Below are positions 37,684 to 46,982 of a stretch of DNA of 64,000 bases, in pieces (the first letter of the stretch is position 1; every line of letters begins with the position of its first letter). The notes below the pieces were generated by a model. The model made no database searches, had not been told where the DNA came from, and saw only the letters and a list, made by a program, of their open reading frames with translations. The stretch spans positions 1-64,000 of the IMG/VR virus record IMGVR_UViG_3300042261_001117; one strand, given 5' to 3'. A program made the position numbers and the translations under genes. The stretch comes from a virus.

Positions 37684-38240
37684 TGGACACGCTGGTGGTG
37701 TCGGTTGACCCTGGAACGGTCGGAGCGGTGGCGGTCGTGCGCTATCCGCACGCGGCGGACGTCGCGTCGATCCGCAAGGCGGTGGTCGGCGTGATCGAGT
37801 GGGGGCGTCGTGCAGGACAGACGCTCGAGACGGGGTCGCTGGCAGGTGCGTGCGCGGCGGTGAGCGAGATCGAGAAGCTGATCGCCACGACGGGCGTCGA
37901 GCGGGTGTTCGTGCGCTGCGAGACGGTGTGGGTTCCCCGCGGTGGAGCAAAGCGCCCGACGTCTCCGAAGAGCTTCCTCGGGCCCGCGATGGCGCTGGGC
38001 TGCTTCCTGCCGCTGGCGAGACCGATCGGGTTCTACGAACTGATGGCGCCGGACGAGTGGCGCAAGCTGCAGGGATGGACGTGGCCGCGCGGGAAGTCGC
38101 ACCGCGAGCAGGCAAAGGCCTACGCCGAGCAGCGGGCACTGGCGTTCATGGGTGATTGGGGCATGTCAGACCACGCTGCGGAGGCGCTGTGCATGGGGCT
38201 GGTGCCGCCGCCGATGGAAGTCGCGCGGGGGAAGCGATGA
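37683..38240 (+). CDS. RuvC-like Holliday junction resolvase
   Basis: 'VSVDPGTVGAVAVV', 'CET', 'PDEWRK', 'DHAAEAL'. Confidence 0.7.
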   Translation: MDTLVVSVDPGTVGAVAVVRYPHAADVASIRKAVVGVIEWGRRAGQTLETGSLAGACAAVSEIEKLIATTGVERVFVRCETVWVPRGGAKRPTSPKSFLGPAMALGCFLPLARPIGFYELMAPDEWRKLQGWTWPRGKSHREQAKAYAEQRALAFMGDWGMSDHAAEALCMGLVPPPMEVARGKR

Positions 38241-38659
38241 AGATCGTCCGCGTCTACTGCACGCACTGCGCGGGCAAGCACTCGCTGAATGGAAAGCGCG
38301 GTCGTCTGCGCTTCACGCCGACCGGGATCGGATTCCGACCGGACGGCGCGACGGAGTACATCGCGCTGAACGCCAAGACCGTCGAGGAGGGGCGCGTGAC
38401 GATCGTGCTGAACGGCGGGCGCGACGAGCGCAGCGTGTCGGTGTTCGTTCGACAGCCGCTTCCGCCGGACCCCGATCGCGCGCTTCGCGAGGTGCGCTCG
38501 GCTGCTGAAGCTCGCAACGGCAAGAAGCCGTCGCGGTGGACGGACGTCGAGCCACCTGCGGACGCTGACAGCGACTACGGCATCGACCGTGCGCAGACCG
38601 GCGTCGATGCAGACGACCTGGGCATCGAGGAGTTCAACGACTCGAACGGGGATGAGTAG
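38237..38659 (+). CDS. Hypothetical protein with N-terminal CxxC
   Basis: ATGA overlap with previous gene. Confidence 0.5.
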   Translation: MKIVRVYCTHCAGKHSLNGKRGRLRFTPTGIGFRPDGATEYIALNAKTVEEGRVTIVLNGGRDERSVSVFVRQPLPPDPDRALREVRSAAEARNGKKPSRWTDVEPPADADSDYGIDRAQTGVDADDLGIEEFNDSNGDE

Positions 38660-39143
38660 CGCCATGGGGTTTCCTCTGGATGCAGGGACACGCGCGTCGA
38701 TGGTTGGCAGGAGGATCGTCGCCCTACCTGCCAGGACTGCAGCGGGCGTTGTGATGAGCGTCGACCTGATGTTCGCGACGTGTCTGGTCGACGAGGACGA
38801 ATACGGGCGCGCGCTGCCGCCGATGGAGCACCGGCGCGCGCGCTACACGATCCCGCACTCTGGCGCGCAGCCGTGGGCGTTCGATCTTGAGCGGCCGGAG
38901 GATCGAGCGCGGTGGGCGCTGGAGATCGCCAACGCGGGATCCGCGGAGTACGCGCTGCGAGACGCGGTCGAGGTCGTTGCGAACTGCGGTGTGACGAACG
39001 ACCAGATCGCGGACGCAGCACGCATGGCGCTGGTGTTTGACGGCAGCACGACGGCGTGGAACCTGCAGGGGCTGCTCGTGCTCGAGAACCTGCTGCGGAA
39101 GCAGCGCGGGATGCCGCCGCACGAGTTCGGCGGGAAGGAGTAG
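38652..39143 (+). CDS. Hypothetical protein
   Basis: ORF fills the gap; start codon uncertain. Confidence 0.45.
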   Translation: MSSAMGFPLDAGTRASMVGRRIVALPARTAAGVVMSVDLMFATCLVDEDEYGRALPPMEHRRARYTIPHSGAQPWAFDLERPEDRARWALEIANAGSAEYALRDAVEVVANCGVTNDQIADAARMALVFDGSTTAWNLQGLLVLENLLRKQRGMPPHEFGGKE

Positions 39144-39146
39144 ACG

Positions 39147-39965
39147 ATGGCTGGGATCTACGAGCCTCGCGGGCGCGCACTGGAGTACAGCCCGCTGGCG
39201 CTCAACCTGTACAACGGCTGTGACCACGCGTGCTCGTACTGCTACAACCGGCGCATTTACCGGTCGAACTGGACGGCCGACGCGAAGCCCATGGCGTGGC
39301 TCACGCTCGACGCGCTGCAGAAGACGTGCGAGAAGTACGCGGGCAGCCTCGATCAGGTGCTGCTGTCCTTCGTCGGCGACCCGTACTGCGCGGCGGACGA
39401 ACGCGAGCGCTGGACGCGCGTGGCGCTGGAAGCGCTGCTGCACAACCGCATTCCCGCTGCGGTGCTGACGAAGGGCGGCAATCGCTGTCTGCGGGACGTG
39501 GACCTGTTCCGCGCGTTCGGTCGGTCGATCATGGTCGGTGCGACCATCACCGGCATGGACGACCTCGAGTCCGGCGCCGCGACGAACCAGCATCGCTGCG
39601 ACGTGCTCGATGAACTGGCTCGGTGCGGTGTGCCCACCTGGGCGTCGTTTGAGCCGGTCATCGACCCGGAGAAGTCGTTGGCGTGGCTGGCGTACGTGCT
39701 TGATCGCGGTGCGGTGTGGATGGTCAAGATCGGCAAGTGCAACCAGTGGGGCGGGTGCGACGACTCGAAGATCGACTGGGCCAAGTTCCTGGCCAACGCG
39801 GTCGGCATCTGCGAGGAGTCGACGGTGCGGTACTACATCAAGGACTCGCTGTGGATCGCGGCGGGGCGGCCGGAGTTCGTGTACGTCAACCACGCGGTGG
39901 CGATGGACGACGGCCACCGCAACCCGCGGCTGTTCCAATCGGAGCCGTTCGGAAAGGTGGCATGA
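39147..39965 (+). CDS. Radical SAM protein
   Basis: CxxxCxxC 'CDHACSYC', 'GDPY', 'VLTKG', 'WASFEPV'. Confidence 0.85.
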   Translation: MAGIYEPRGRALEYSPLALNLYNGCDHACSYCYNRRIYRSNWTADAKPMAWLTLDALQKTCEKYAGSLDQVLLSFVGDPYCAADERERWTRVALEALLHNRIPAAVLTKGGNRCLRDVDLFRAFGRSIMVGATITGMDDLESGAATNQHRCDVLDELARCGVPTWASFEPVIDPEKSLAWLAYVLDRGAVWMVKIGKCNQWGGCDDSKIDWAKFLANAVGICEESTVRYYIKDSLWIAAGRPEFVYVNHAVAMDDGHRNPRLFQSEPFGKVA

Positions 39966-40261
39966 TGGCTGGCATCGCGATTCACTGCGGGCTGTCGGTG
40001 CGTGGCGCCATCCACCGCGCGTCTGCCACGAAGAAGCGCTCGTACCTGAAGGGCATGTTCAAGCACCCGAGCGGCACGCGGTCTATGACGCCCGACGAGG
40101 CGTTCGAACTGCTGCTCGACGAGTTGTCGAAGGGACACGAGGTGCTTCCGTTCAGCGACTCGTGCAAGAACTGGGACTGGAAGCACGGGTGCAGGTGCGC
40201 GCAAGTGGCGCGAGCGCAGGCAGAGCAGGTGTCCGGAAATTCCGGAGACGTGACGCCGTGA
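39962..40261 (+). CDS. Hypothetical protein
   Basis: ATGA overlap, AAAGGTGG SD. Confidence 0.5.
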   Translation: MMAGIAIHCGLSVRGAIHRASATKKRSYLKGMFKHPSGTRSMTPDEAFELLLDELSKGHEVLPFSDSCKNWDWKHGCRCAQVARAQAEQVSGNSGDVTP

Positions 40262-41145
40262 AGTCGCCAATCGTGTACTTCGGCAAGAAGGCCTCGGTGG
40301 CCGACGTCATATGGGCGCGGCTCGGCGACGTGCGCCGGTACGTGGAGCCGTTCTTCGGGAGCGGCTCCGTGCTGCTCTCGCGCCCGGCGCTGCCGACGCG
40401 CGTCGAGATCGCCAACGACGACTCGGTCTACGTGGCGAACTTCTTCCGCGCGATGCAGTCAGACCCGGACGGCGTCGCGCGCGCTGCTCGATGGCCGAAG
40501 CACGAGTGCGAGATCGCCGCGCGACACCGCTGGCTGCTGGCCCGGCACGACGAACTGAAGCGCGACCTCATGGACAACGCAGAGAAGTACGACGCGCAGG
40601 CGGCTGGATGGTGGCTGTGGGGCAACGCGGCGTGGCTCGGGAGCGGCTGGTGCACAGTCGGGCGGAACTGCAACCGGACGCAGGTTCCGCATCCGACGCC
40701 ACAGGGGTACTGGGCCATCGACGACTTTGAGAGCTACGCCCGCGAGATGCAGGAGCGGCTGTTGCGGGTGATGTTCATGTGCGGCGACTGGACGCGCGCG
40801 GTGACGACAGCGATGCTCGGGCTCCATGCTTCCAACTGCGTCACCGGCGTGCTGCTTGACCCGCCGTACGACGCTGGGACGGGCGCGTTCTACACGAGCG
40901 ACCAGCGGTCGGTCTGGCACGACGCGCAGCGGTGGGCAATCGAGCACGGCGACGACCCCGGACTGCGGATCGTGCTCTGCGGGTACGACGGCGTCGGCGA
41001 GGCGATGCCGCCAGAATGGGAAACGGTGCACTGGGACACCGGAGGAGCCTACGGCACGGCAGAGAGCACCGCGAACAAGGAGAACGGGAAACGCGAGGTG
41101 CTGTACTTCTCGCCGCACTGCAACCGCCAGATGGCGCTGTTGTGA
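40258..41145 (+). CDS. DNA adenine methyltransferase (D12/Dam-like)
   Basis: 'PIVYFGKK', motif I 'YVEPFFGSGSV', 'EIAND', motif IV 'DPPY'. Confidence 0.85.
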   Translation: MKSPIVYFGKKASVADVIWARLGDVRRYVEPFFGSGSVLLSRPALPTRVEIANDDSVYVANFFRAMQSDPDGVARAARWPKHECEIAARHRWLLARHDELKRDLMDNAEKYDAQAAGWWLWGNAAWLGSGWCTVGRNCNRTQVPHPTPQGYWAIDDFESYAREMQERLLRVMFMCGDWTRAVTTAMLGLHASNCVTGVLLDPPYDAGTGAFYTSDQRSVWHDAQRWAIEHGDDPGLRIVLCGYDGVGEAMPPEWETVHWDTGGAYGTAESTANKENGKREVLYFSPHCNRQMALL

Positions 41146-41251
41146 TGTCGCGATGCGAAAGCAAGACGCGCACCGGAACGGCATTGACGCCGTTGGCAAC
41201 CTGTGTTGAGAATGGGCGCGACGGTAGCACACGATGAAAGGAGCACCTCCC

Positions 41252-42646
41252 ATGCCGCGACACCGAACGACCACCCCCGACGAGCGCAAGCGCAAAGCGC
41301 TCGAGGCGAGGCGCGAGCCGATCAAGCTCGCGTCGCTCGTTAGCACGCTCAAGCTTCAGATCGACGACCTGCAGCGCAAGCTCGCGTCGGCGGACGCGCG
41401 GACGGCGCAGGCCGTCGGCATCGCCACGCACGAGCTTCGCGACGAACTCGAGCGCTTCCGCGCGGCGAAGGCGGTCCACGTGCCGCACCAGTTCGCGGAC
41501 GAGGCTCGCAGCGCGGTCGAGAAGCTCGCGACGGACTTCCTCGCGCCGCTCTCGGAGCGGTGGAACGCGCTCGATCAGACCAACGTCCGCATGCGCGAGG
41601 AACTGAGCGCCGCGCTGGACCGCGAGCAAGCGCTGCTCGAGCGTGTCGAGTCGTCCGCCCGCGACGACGCGGCACTGATCGGTGAGATGAACGCGGCGAA
41701 GGCCGCGCAGATGGAACTGCTACTGGCGCTCCGCAACGCGTACGAGGACGGCGTCGCGCCGCCGTGGCTGGTGCGGTTCGCCAAGGCGTTCCACGACGCG
41801 CCGAATGGCAAGCTGAAGGACGAGCAGGCGACGGCGCTGTTCAACCGCGTCTACCGCTGGGCGATGGAGCAGGCGCGCGACGCCGCGCGCGACGTCAAGT
41901 CCGCGCTGGAGCGCGCGCGCGACGCGGCGTCCAAGAGCCCGCAGCCGCTGCAGGTCGGAACGTCGGCGGATGCAGGGCCGGGCTCTGCCGACAACGCGAA
42001 GGTGATCGAGGTCGCGGACGCGCTCGGCGTCCGGCTGGTCGATCCGGTCGCGGAGGAGTGGGAGTTGCGCTGGGTGGACGAGGACGGCAACCTCGCCATC
42101 GAGGTCGTGAGCGCGAGCCCCGCCGCAGTGGCGCAGGAGATCGCGGCGATCGTCCGCAAGCGGCCGATGCTCCGCAACGTGATGGTCGAGACCAACGGCG
42201 TGGGCTCGATCGTGTACGAGACGCTGCGTCAGGAAGACCTGCAGGTGTGGGTGGAAGCGCACGTGACGACGAACGCCTCGCCGTTCCCGGAGCCCGCGCT
42301 GATGCGTCTGCCCGCGTGCGGGCACCGCAAGATGAAGGAGCCGGGCGAGTGCGACAACACCGCGACGCAGGAGCGCGACGGCGGGCTGGCGGTGTGCGGG
42401 CAACTGAAGCCGGGCGTGATCGACGGCAAGCCGGTCCCTCCCGCCGGGTGCGCGCACTACGAGATGCTGAACGCCGCGTCGAAGTCCGCTGGCGCCATCC
42501 GCGAAGCGCTCGAGCACACGGTCGGAGAAGAGCCCGGCGTCCCGATGCCCGGCGACAAGCCGAACTGCCACATCCCCGTCTCGTTCCGCGTGGTGAAGGA
42601 CGACGAGGCGGTCGACGAGCAGCACCAGAACGGGGTGACGCCATGA
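41252..42646 (+). CDS. Coiled-coil mosaic protein with a terminase-nuclease-like segment
   Basis: AAGGAG SD; heptad-rich N-half; 'VMVETNGVGSIVYETLRQ'; Cys-rich C-terminus. Confidence 0.5.
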   Translation: MPRHRTTTPDERKRKALEARREPIKLASLVSTLKLQIDDLQRKLASADARTAQAVGIATHELRDELERFRAAKAVHVPHQFADEARSAVEKLATDFLAPLSERWNALDQTNVRMREELSAALDREQALLERVESSARDDAALIGEMNAAKAAQMELLLALRNAYEDGVAPPWLVRFAKAFHDAPNGKLKDEQATALFNRVYRWAMEQARDAARDVKSALERARDAASKSPQPLQVGTSADAGPGSADNAKVIEVADALGVRLVDPVAEEWELRWVDEDGNLAIEVVSASPAAVAQEIAAIVRKRPMLRNVMVETNGVGSIVYETLRQEDLQVWVEAHVTTNASPFPEPALMRLPACGHRKMKEPGECDNTATQERDGGLAVCGQLKPGVIDGKPVPPAGCAHYEMLNAASKSAGAIREALEHTVGEEPGVPMPGDKPNCHIPVSFRVVKDDEAVDEQHQNGVTP

Positions 42647-43584
42647 AGCTCGCCAACTGCCAGACGGGCGCGGCGTTCGGGCTCGATCTGCTCGTGACCG
42701 ACGTGTCGACTGGCAAGACCAAGAAGGGCTCCCCGTACCTGTCGTTGATGCTGAGCGACGGTGTGGATCGGATCAGCGCGCGCTGGTGGGACTGCGACAA
42801 CGCGGACGGCGCGGTGCAGAAGGGCTCGATCTACTACGTGACCGGCAACATCAACGAGTACCAGGGCGAGCGGCAGGCGATCGTGGCGAGCATGGCGCCC
42901 AGCGACGCGGCGCCCGAGGACTTCATGCCCCGCAGCGCGACGACGCCGGAGCTTCTGTTCGGGCGCATCGACCACTACATCCGCACGATCGCATCGGAGC
43001 CGCTGCGCGAGGCGGTGGCGACGCTGGTGCAGGGGCTGTGGCACGATCGTTTCTACGCGGCACCCGCGGCGTCGTCCAACCACCACGCCCGCGTCGGCGG
43101 GCTGGCGGAGCACACGCTGTCGATGCTCGACGAGTGGGCGGCGCTGGCGCCGGTGCTGGACCGCTGGCACCCGGACCTGCTGGACCACGACGTGATGGTC
43201 GCGGGCATCGTGCTGCACGACCTCGGCAAGGCGGTGGAGATCGAGTCGACGCCGGGGTTCCCGTACAGCACGCACGGGCAGATGCTCGGGCACATCCCGA
43301 TGGCAGCCATCGCGGTGCGAGGTGCGCTCGGCGACTACGCGAACACGGAGCGCGGGCTCCGCGTGCTCAACTGCATCCTGTCCCACCACGGCAAGCTGGA
43401 GTGGGGCAGCCCGGTGGTGCCGCGGTGCCCCGAGGCGGTGTTGCTCCACGAGATCGACATGCTCGACAGCAGGATGGAGCACTTCGCGCAGTTGGTCGCG
43501 AATGGCGTGGGCCAGGACGGATGGACGGAGCGCGACAAGCTGTTCGACGGGGCCATGCGCGGTCCCATGCAGCGGGAGGACTGA
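42643..43584 (+). CDS. YhaM/Cbf1-like OB-fold plus HD-domain 3'-5' exonuclease
   Basis: 'KTKKGSPYLSLMLSD', 'PAASSNHHARVGGLAEHTL', 'LHDLGK', 'SHHGKLEWGSP', 'IDMLDS'. Confidence 0.9.
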   Translation: MKLANCQTGAAFGLDLLVTDVSTGKTKKGSPYLSLMLSDGVDRISARWWDCDNADGAVQKGSIYYVTGNINEYQGERQAIVASMAPSDAAPEDFMPRSATTPELLFGRIDHYIRTIASEPLREAVATLVQGLWHDRFYAAPAASSNHHARVGGLAEHTLSMLDEWAALAPVLDRWHPDLLDHDVMVAGIVLHDLGKAVEIESTPGFPYSTHGQMLGHIPMAAIAVRGALGDYANTERGLRVLNCILSHHGKLEWGSPVVPRCPEAVLLHEIDMLDSRMEHFAQLVANGVGQDGWTERDKLFDGAMRGPMQRED

Positions 43585-43587
43585 CCG

Positions 43588-44010
43588 ATGGACCAGAACG
43601 ATCGTTTATGGACGCTGGACGAGTTCGGCTGCTCGTGGATGACGCGCGAGGACGGGTCGCTCGCGCAGGTGGTGCTGCTGGACCGCCGCAACGAGGTGCT
43701 CGCGCGCTTCTACGCGCAGTCGCACGGCGGCAAGATCCGCTTCCCCGGCTTCGTGATCAACGAGGAGCAGGAGGAGGCCTACGTCGACGAGTACAAGACC
43801 GAGTCGGCGGCGAAGAAGGAACTGCTCGGCGTGGCGCTGCTCTGCCGCATCGCGCGGCTCGAGGAGACCGTGCGCGTGGCCACCGCCAAGCTCCGCCACA
43901 CCGACCTGATCGGCGACGCCGCCATTGCCAAAGACCTGCTCGACAGCGCGCTCGCGCCGAAGTCGCAGGCCTTCGACGACGGGCTCGACGAGCCCCCCAC
44001 GGAAGTCTGA
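43588..44010 (+). CDS. Hypothetical protein
   Basis: GGAGG SD, GC3-rich codons. Confidence 0.55.
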   Translation: MDQNDRLWTLDEFGCSWMTREDGSLAQVVLLDRRNEVLARFYAQSHGGKIRFPGFVINEEQEEAYVDEYKTESAAKKELLGVALLCRIARLEETVRVATAKLRHTDLIGDAAIAKDLLDSALAPKSQAFDDGLDEPPTEV

Positions 44011-44013
44011 GGA

Positions 44014-44113
44014 TTGCGCTGGGCGCAGACGACGTGGTAATCTCCGACCGCTCCTTCCCCGCCCCTGCAGGACGTGACGCCCCACGACACCGCAGGGGTT
44101 CTTTTTGAGGAGG
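44014..44113 (+). promoter_or_regulatory. Promoter TTGCGC-18-TAATCT and leader with terminator-like hairpin before the methyltransferase pair
   Basis: GCCCCTGC/GCAGGGGT stem followed by TCTTTTT, then GAGGAGG SD. Confidence 0.5.
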
Positions 44114-44119
44114 CATCCC

Positions 44120-45568
44120 ATGGCACGAAAGCGATCGGCAGCGGACCAGACGCCGCTGACCATCGACGACCTCGCATCCGACCCCCGCAACCCTCGCACC
44201 ATCTCGGAGACCGCGCTGGCTGGGCTTGACGTGTCGGTGACGACGTGGGGCGACCTGTCGGGCATCACGTTCAACCGCAGCAACGGGCAGTTGATCGGCG
44301 GGCACCAGCGGGTTCGTCTGCTGCGCGCAGCCGGAGCGCAGGTGCAGTACGACGAGCGGGGCCCGTTCCTGGTCGACCCGCGCACCGACGAGCGCTTCCC
44401 GATCCGCGTGGTGGACTTCGACGAGGAGAACCACCTCGCGGCCAACCTCGCAGCGAACGCGCCAAACCTGCAGGGTGAGTTCTCGGTCGACGCGTTGCCG
44501 ATCTTGGAGTCTCTGTCCGAAGACCTGCCGGACCTCTACGGGTCGCTCGGGTTTGACGCGCTGGCGGAGACGCTCGGCGCGCAGTTCAAAGAGCCCGACG
44601 CCGGTGGCCCGCGCACGACCACGCCCGGTGAGCACGACGACGACGTCCCGCCAGCGCCCAAGAATGTCGTCAGCCGGACGGGAGACATCTGGTGCATCGG
44701 GAAGCACAAGCTGATCGTCGCGGACGCGGGAGATCGCGCGGCCATCGCGAAGCTGATGGGGGGGGGCGTCGCGGATCTGTGCTTCACCAGCCCGCCGTAT
44801 GGCCAGCAGCGCGAGTACAAGAGCGGTGGCATCAACGACTGGGACAAGCTCATGCAGTCGGTGTGCGCGGCTCTTCCGATGGCGCAGGACGGGCAGGTGC
44901 TGGTGAACCTGGGGCTGATCCACCGCGACAACGAGTACATCCCGTACTGGGAGCGGTGGATCGAGTGGATGCGGTCGGAGGGGTGGCGGCGATTCGCGTG
45001 GTACGTGTGGGACCAGGGAGCGGGCATGCCCGGCGACTGGGGCGGTCGGCTGGCTCCGGCGTTCGAGTTCGTGTTCCACTTCAACAAGGCGTCGAAGCAT
45101 CCGAACAAAATTGTGGAGTGCAAGAACGCGGGAAAGGTGTCGCATGGCGTGGGCGGCGACGGTCTTCGCGGCAAGGACGGCGAGTTCGGGACGTGGCAGC
45201 ATGGCGGATCGCCGACGCAGTCGCATCGCATTCCAGACTCTACGATCCGCATCGAGCGACACCACGGAGCGATCGGCGACGACATCAGCCACCCCGCGGT
45301 GTTCCCGGTGGCGCTTCCGATGCACGTGATCGAGGCATACTCGCAGCACGGAGACGTGCTGTACGAGCCGTTCTGTGGCTCCGGGACCACGATCATCGCG
45401 GCGGAGCGCACGGGTCGCGTCTGCCGCGCTGTCGAGCTAGCGCCGGAGTACGCGGACGTGACGCTGGCGCGGTTGTCGCAGGTGTTCGAGAACATCCAGA
45501 TCACGCTCGAGTCGACAGGCGAGGCGTACGAGGTGGTCGCGGCTCAACGGGACGGAGGTGACGCGTGA
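44120..45568 (+). CDS. ParB-like domain fused to N4/N6 DNA methyltransferase (SPPY)
   Basis: 'PRNPRTI...IGGHQRV'; 'FTSPPY'; 'HPAVFP'; 'EPFCGSGTT'. Confidence 0.9.
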   Translation: MARKRSAADQTPLTIDDLASDPRNPRTISETALAGLDVSVTTWGDLSGITFNRSNGQLIGGHQRVRLLRAAGAQVQYDERGPFLVDPRTDERFPIRVVDFDEENHLAANLAANAPNLQGEFSVDALPILESLSEDLPDLYGSLGFDALAETLGAQFKEPDAGGPRTTTPGEHDDDVPPAPKNVVSRTGDIWCIGKHKLIVADAGDRAAIAKLMGGGVADLCFTSPPYGQQREYKSGGINDWDKLMQSVCAALPMAQDGQVLVNLGLIHRDNEYIPYWERWIEWMRSEGWRRFAWYVWDQGAGMPGDWGGRLAPAFEFVFHFNKASKHPNKIVECKNAGKVSHGVGGDGLRGKDGEFGTWQHGGSPTQSHRIPDSTIRIERHHGAIGDDISHPAVFPVALPMHVIEAYSQHGDVLYEPFCGSGTTIIAAERTGRVCRAVELAPEYADVTLARLSQVFENIQITLESTGEAYEVVAAQRDGGDA

Positions 45569-46890
45569 GCGAGCAGAAGTTGCTGAGCATCGACGAACTG
45601 GCAAGCGCTCCATGGAACCCACGGACCATCAGTGATGCGGCACTGAGTGGGCTCGGCGGTTCGATCAAGGCGTTCGGCGACCTCGCTGGGATCGTCTGGA
45701 ACGCTTCCAACGGGCAGTTGGTCTGTGGCCACCAGCGCATCAAGGTGCTGCGCGCCAAGGGTGCGACCATCGAGCACGACGAACGCGGGCCGTTCATCGT
45801 GGACCCGGAGACCGGCGAGCGCTTCGGAATCCGCGTGGTCGAGTGGTCGGAGGATCGCCACGTGGCAGCATGCATCGCGGCCAACAACACCGCGATCACC
45901 GGCGAGTTCACCGCGGACACACTCCCCATGCTCCAGTCGATCGCGGACGACGATCCCGCGCTGTTCGCTGGTGCGGGCTTCGCACCGCTGCTCGAAGCGC
46001 TCGGGATGCAGTTCTCGGACACGCGGAAGGCCGGGCAGAGCGATCCGGACCAGGACGTCGCGCCACCTGCGCCCGAGGAGACCATCACCAAGACGGGCGA
46101 CATCTGGCTGTGTGGGCCCCACCGCGTGGCGTGCGGCGACTCGCTGAAGGACGAAGACCTTGTGCGCCGCCTGTTCAACGGAGGGCTGGCGGACATGACC
46201 TTCACCGATCCGCCATACAATGTGAACTACGGCGAGACGATGAAAGACAAGCTTCGCGGGCCGAAGCACAAGAAGATCGCCAACGACAACCTCGGCGCGG
46301 ACTTCCCGGCGTTCCTGCTGGACGCGTGCAAGGTGATCATCGCGTGGACGAAGGGCGCGTGCTACGTCTGCATGTCGTCGTCGGAGTTGCACTCGCTGCA
46401 GAAGGCGTGGCTGGACGCCGGAGGGCACTGGTCGACGTTCATCATCTGGAAGAAGCACACGTTCACGATCGGCCACGCTGACTACCAACGGCAGTTCGAG
46501 CCGATCCTCTACGGATGGGGCGAGGGCACGAAGCACTTCTGGTGCGGGGCCCGGGACCAGGGCGACGTGTGGGAGATCGACAAGCCGAGCCGCAGCCCGC
46601 TGCACGCGACGACGAAACCGGTGGCGCTGGCGGAACGCGCGATCGTGAACTCCTCGAAGAGCCGCGACACGGTGTTCGAGCCATTCTGCGGGTCGGGCAG
46701 CACGCTGATCGCGTGCGAACGTACCGGGCGCATGGCGCGCACGTGCGAACTCGATCCCAGCTACGTGGACGCGCAGGTGGCGCGGTGGATGGCGTACTGC
46801 GGCGGGCAGGCGGTGCGCGAGTCGGACGGCTACAAGTTCCCGCTGGACGCTCCGGTGTTCAAAAAGGTCGCGGAGCAGAAGGATAAGTAA
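45565..46890 (+). CDS. ParB-like domain fused to N6/N4 DNA methyltransferase (DPPY)
   Basis: 'PWNPRTI...VCGHQRI'; 'FTDPPYNV'; 'HATTKP'; 'EPFCGSGST'. Confidence 0.9.
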   Translation: MSEQKLLSIDELASAPWNPRTISDAALSGLGGSIKAFGDLAGIVWNASNGQLVCGHQRIKVLRAKGATIEHDERGPFIVDPETGERFGIRVVEWSEDRHVAACIAANNTAITGEFTADTLPMLQSIADDDPALFAGAGFAPLLEALGMQFSDTRKAGQSDPDQDVAPPAPEETITKTGDIWLCGPHRVACGDSLKDEDLVRRLFNGGLADMTFTDPPYNVNYGETMKDKLRGPKHKKIANDNLGADFPAFLLDACKVIIAWTKGACYVCMSSSELHSLQKAWLDAGGHWSTFIIWKKHTFTIGHADYQRQFEPILYGWGEGTKHFWCGARDQGDVWEIDKPSRSPLHATTKPVALAERAIVNSSKSRDTVFEPFCGSGSTLIACERTGRMARTCELDPSYVDAQVARWMAYCGGQAVRESDGYKFPLDAPVFKKVAEQKDK

Positions 46891-46918
46891 GCTCTCGCGC
46901 ATCGGGTCACAATTCTTT

Positions 46919-46947
46919 TTGACAACGCGCGTGGCGCGGGCTACGCT
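46919..46947 (+). promoter_or_regulatory. Promoter TTGACA-17-TACGCT
   Basis: Consensus -35 with a T-rich upstream tract; intergenic. Confidence 0.6.
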
Positions 46948-46982
46948 CTCCATCGACAGCAGACCACCAGGGCGAGGTGGCG

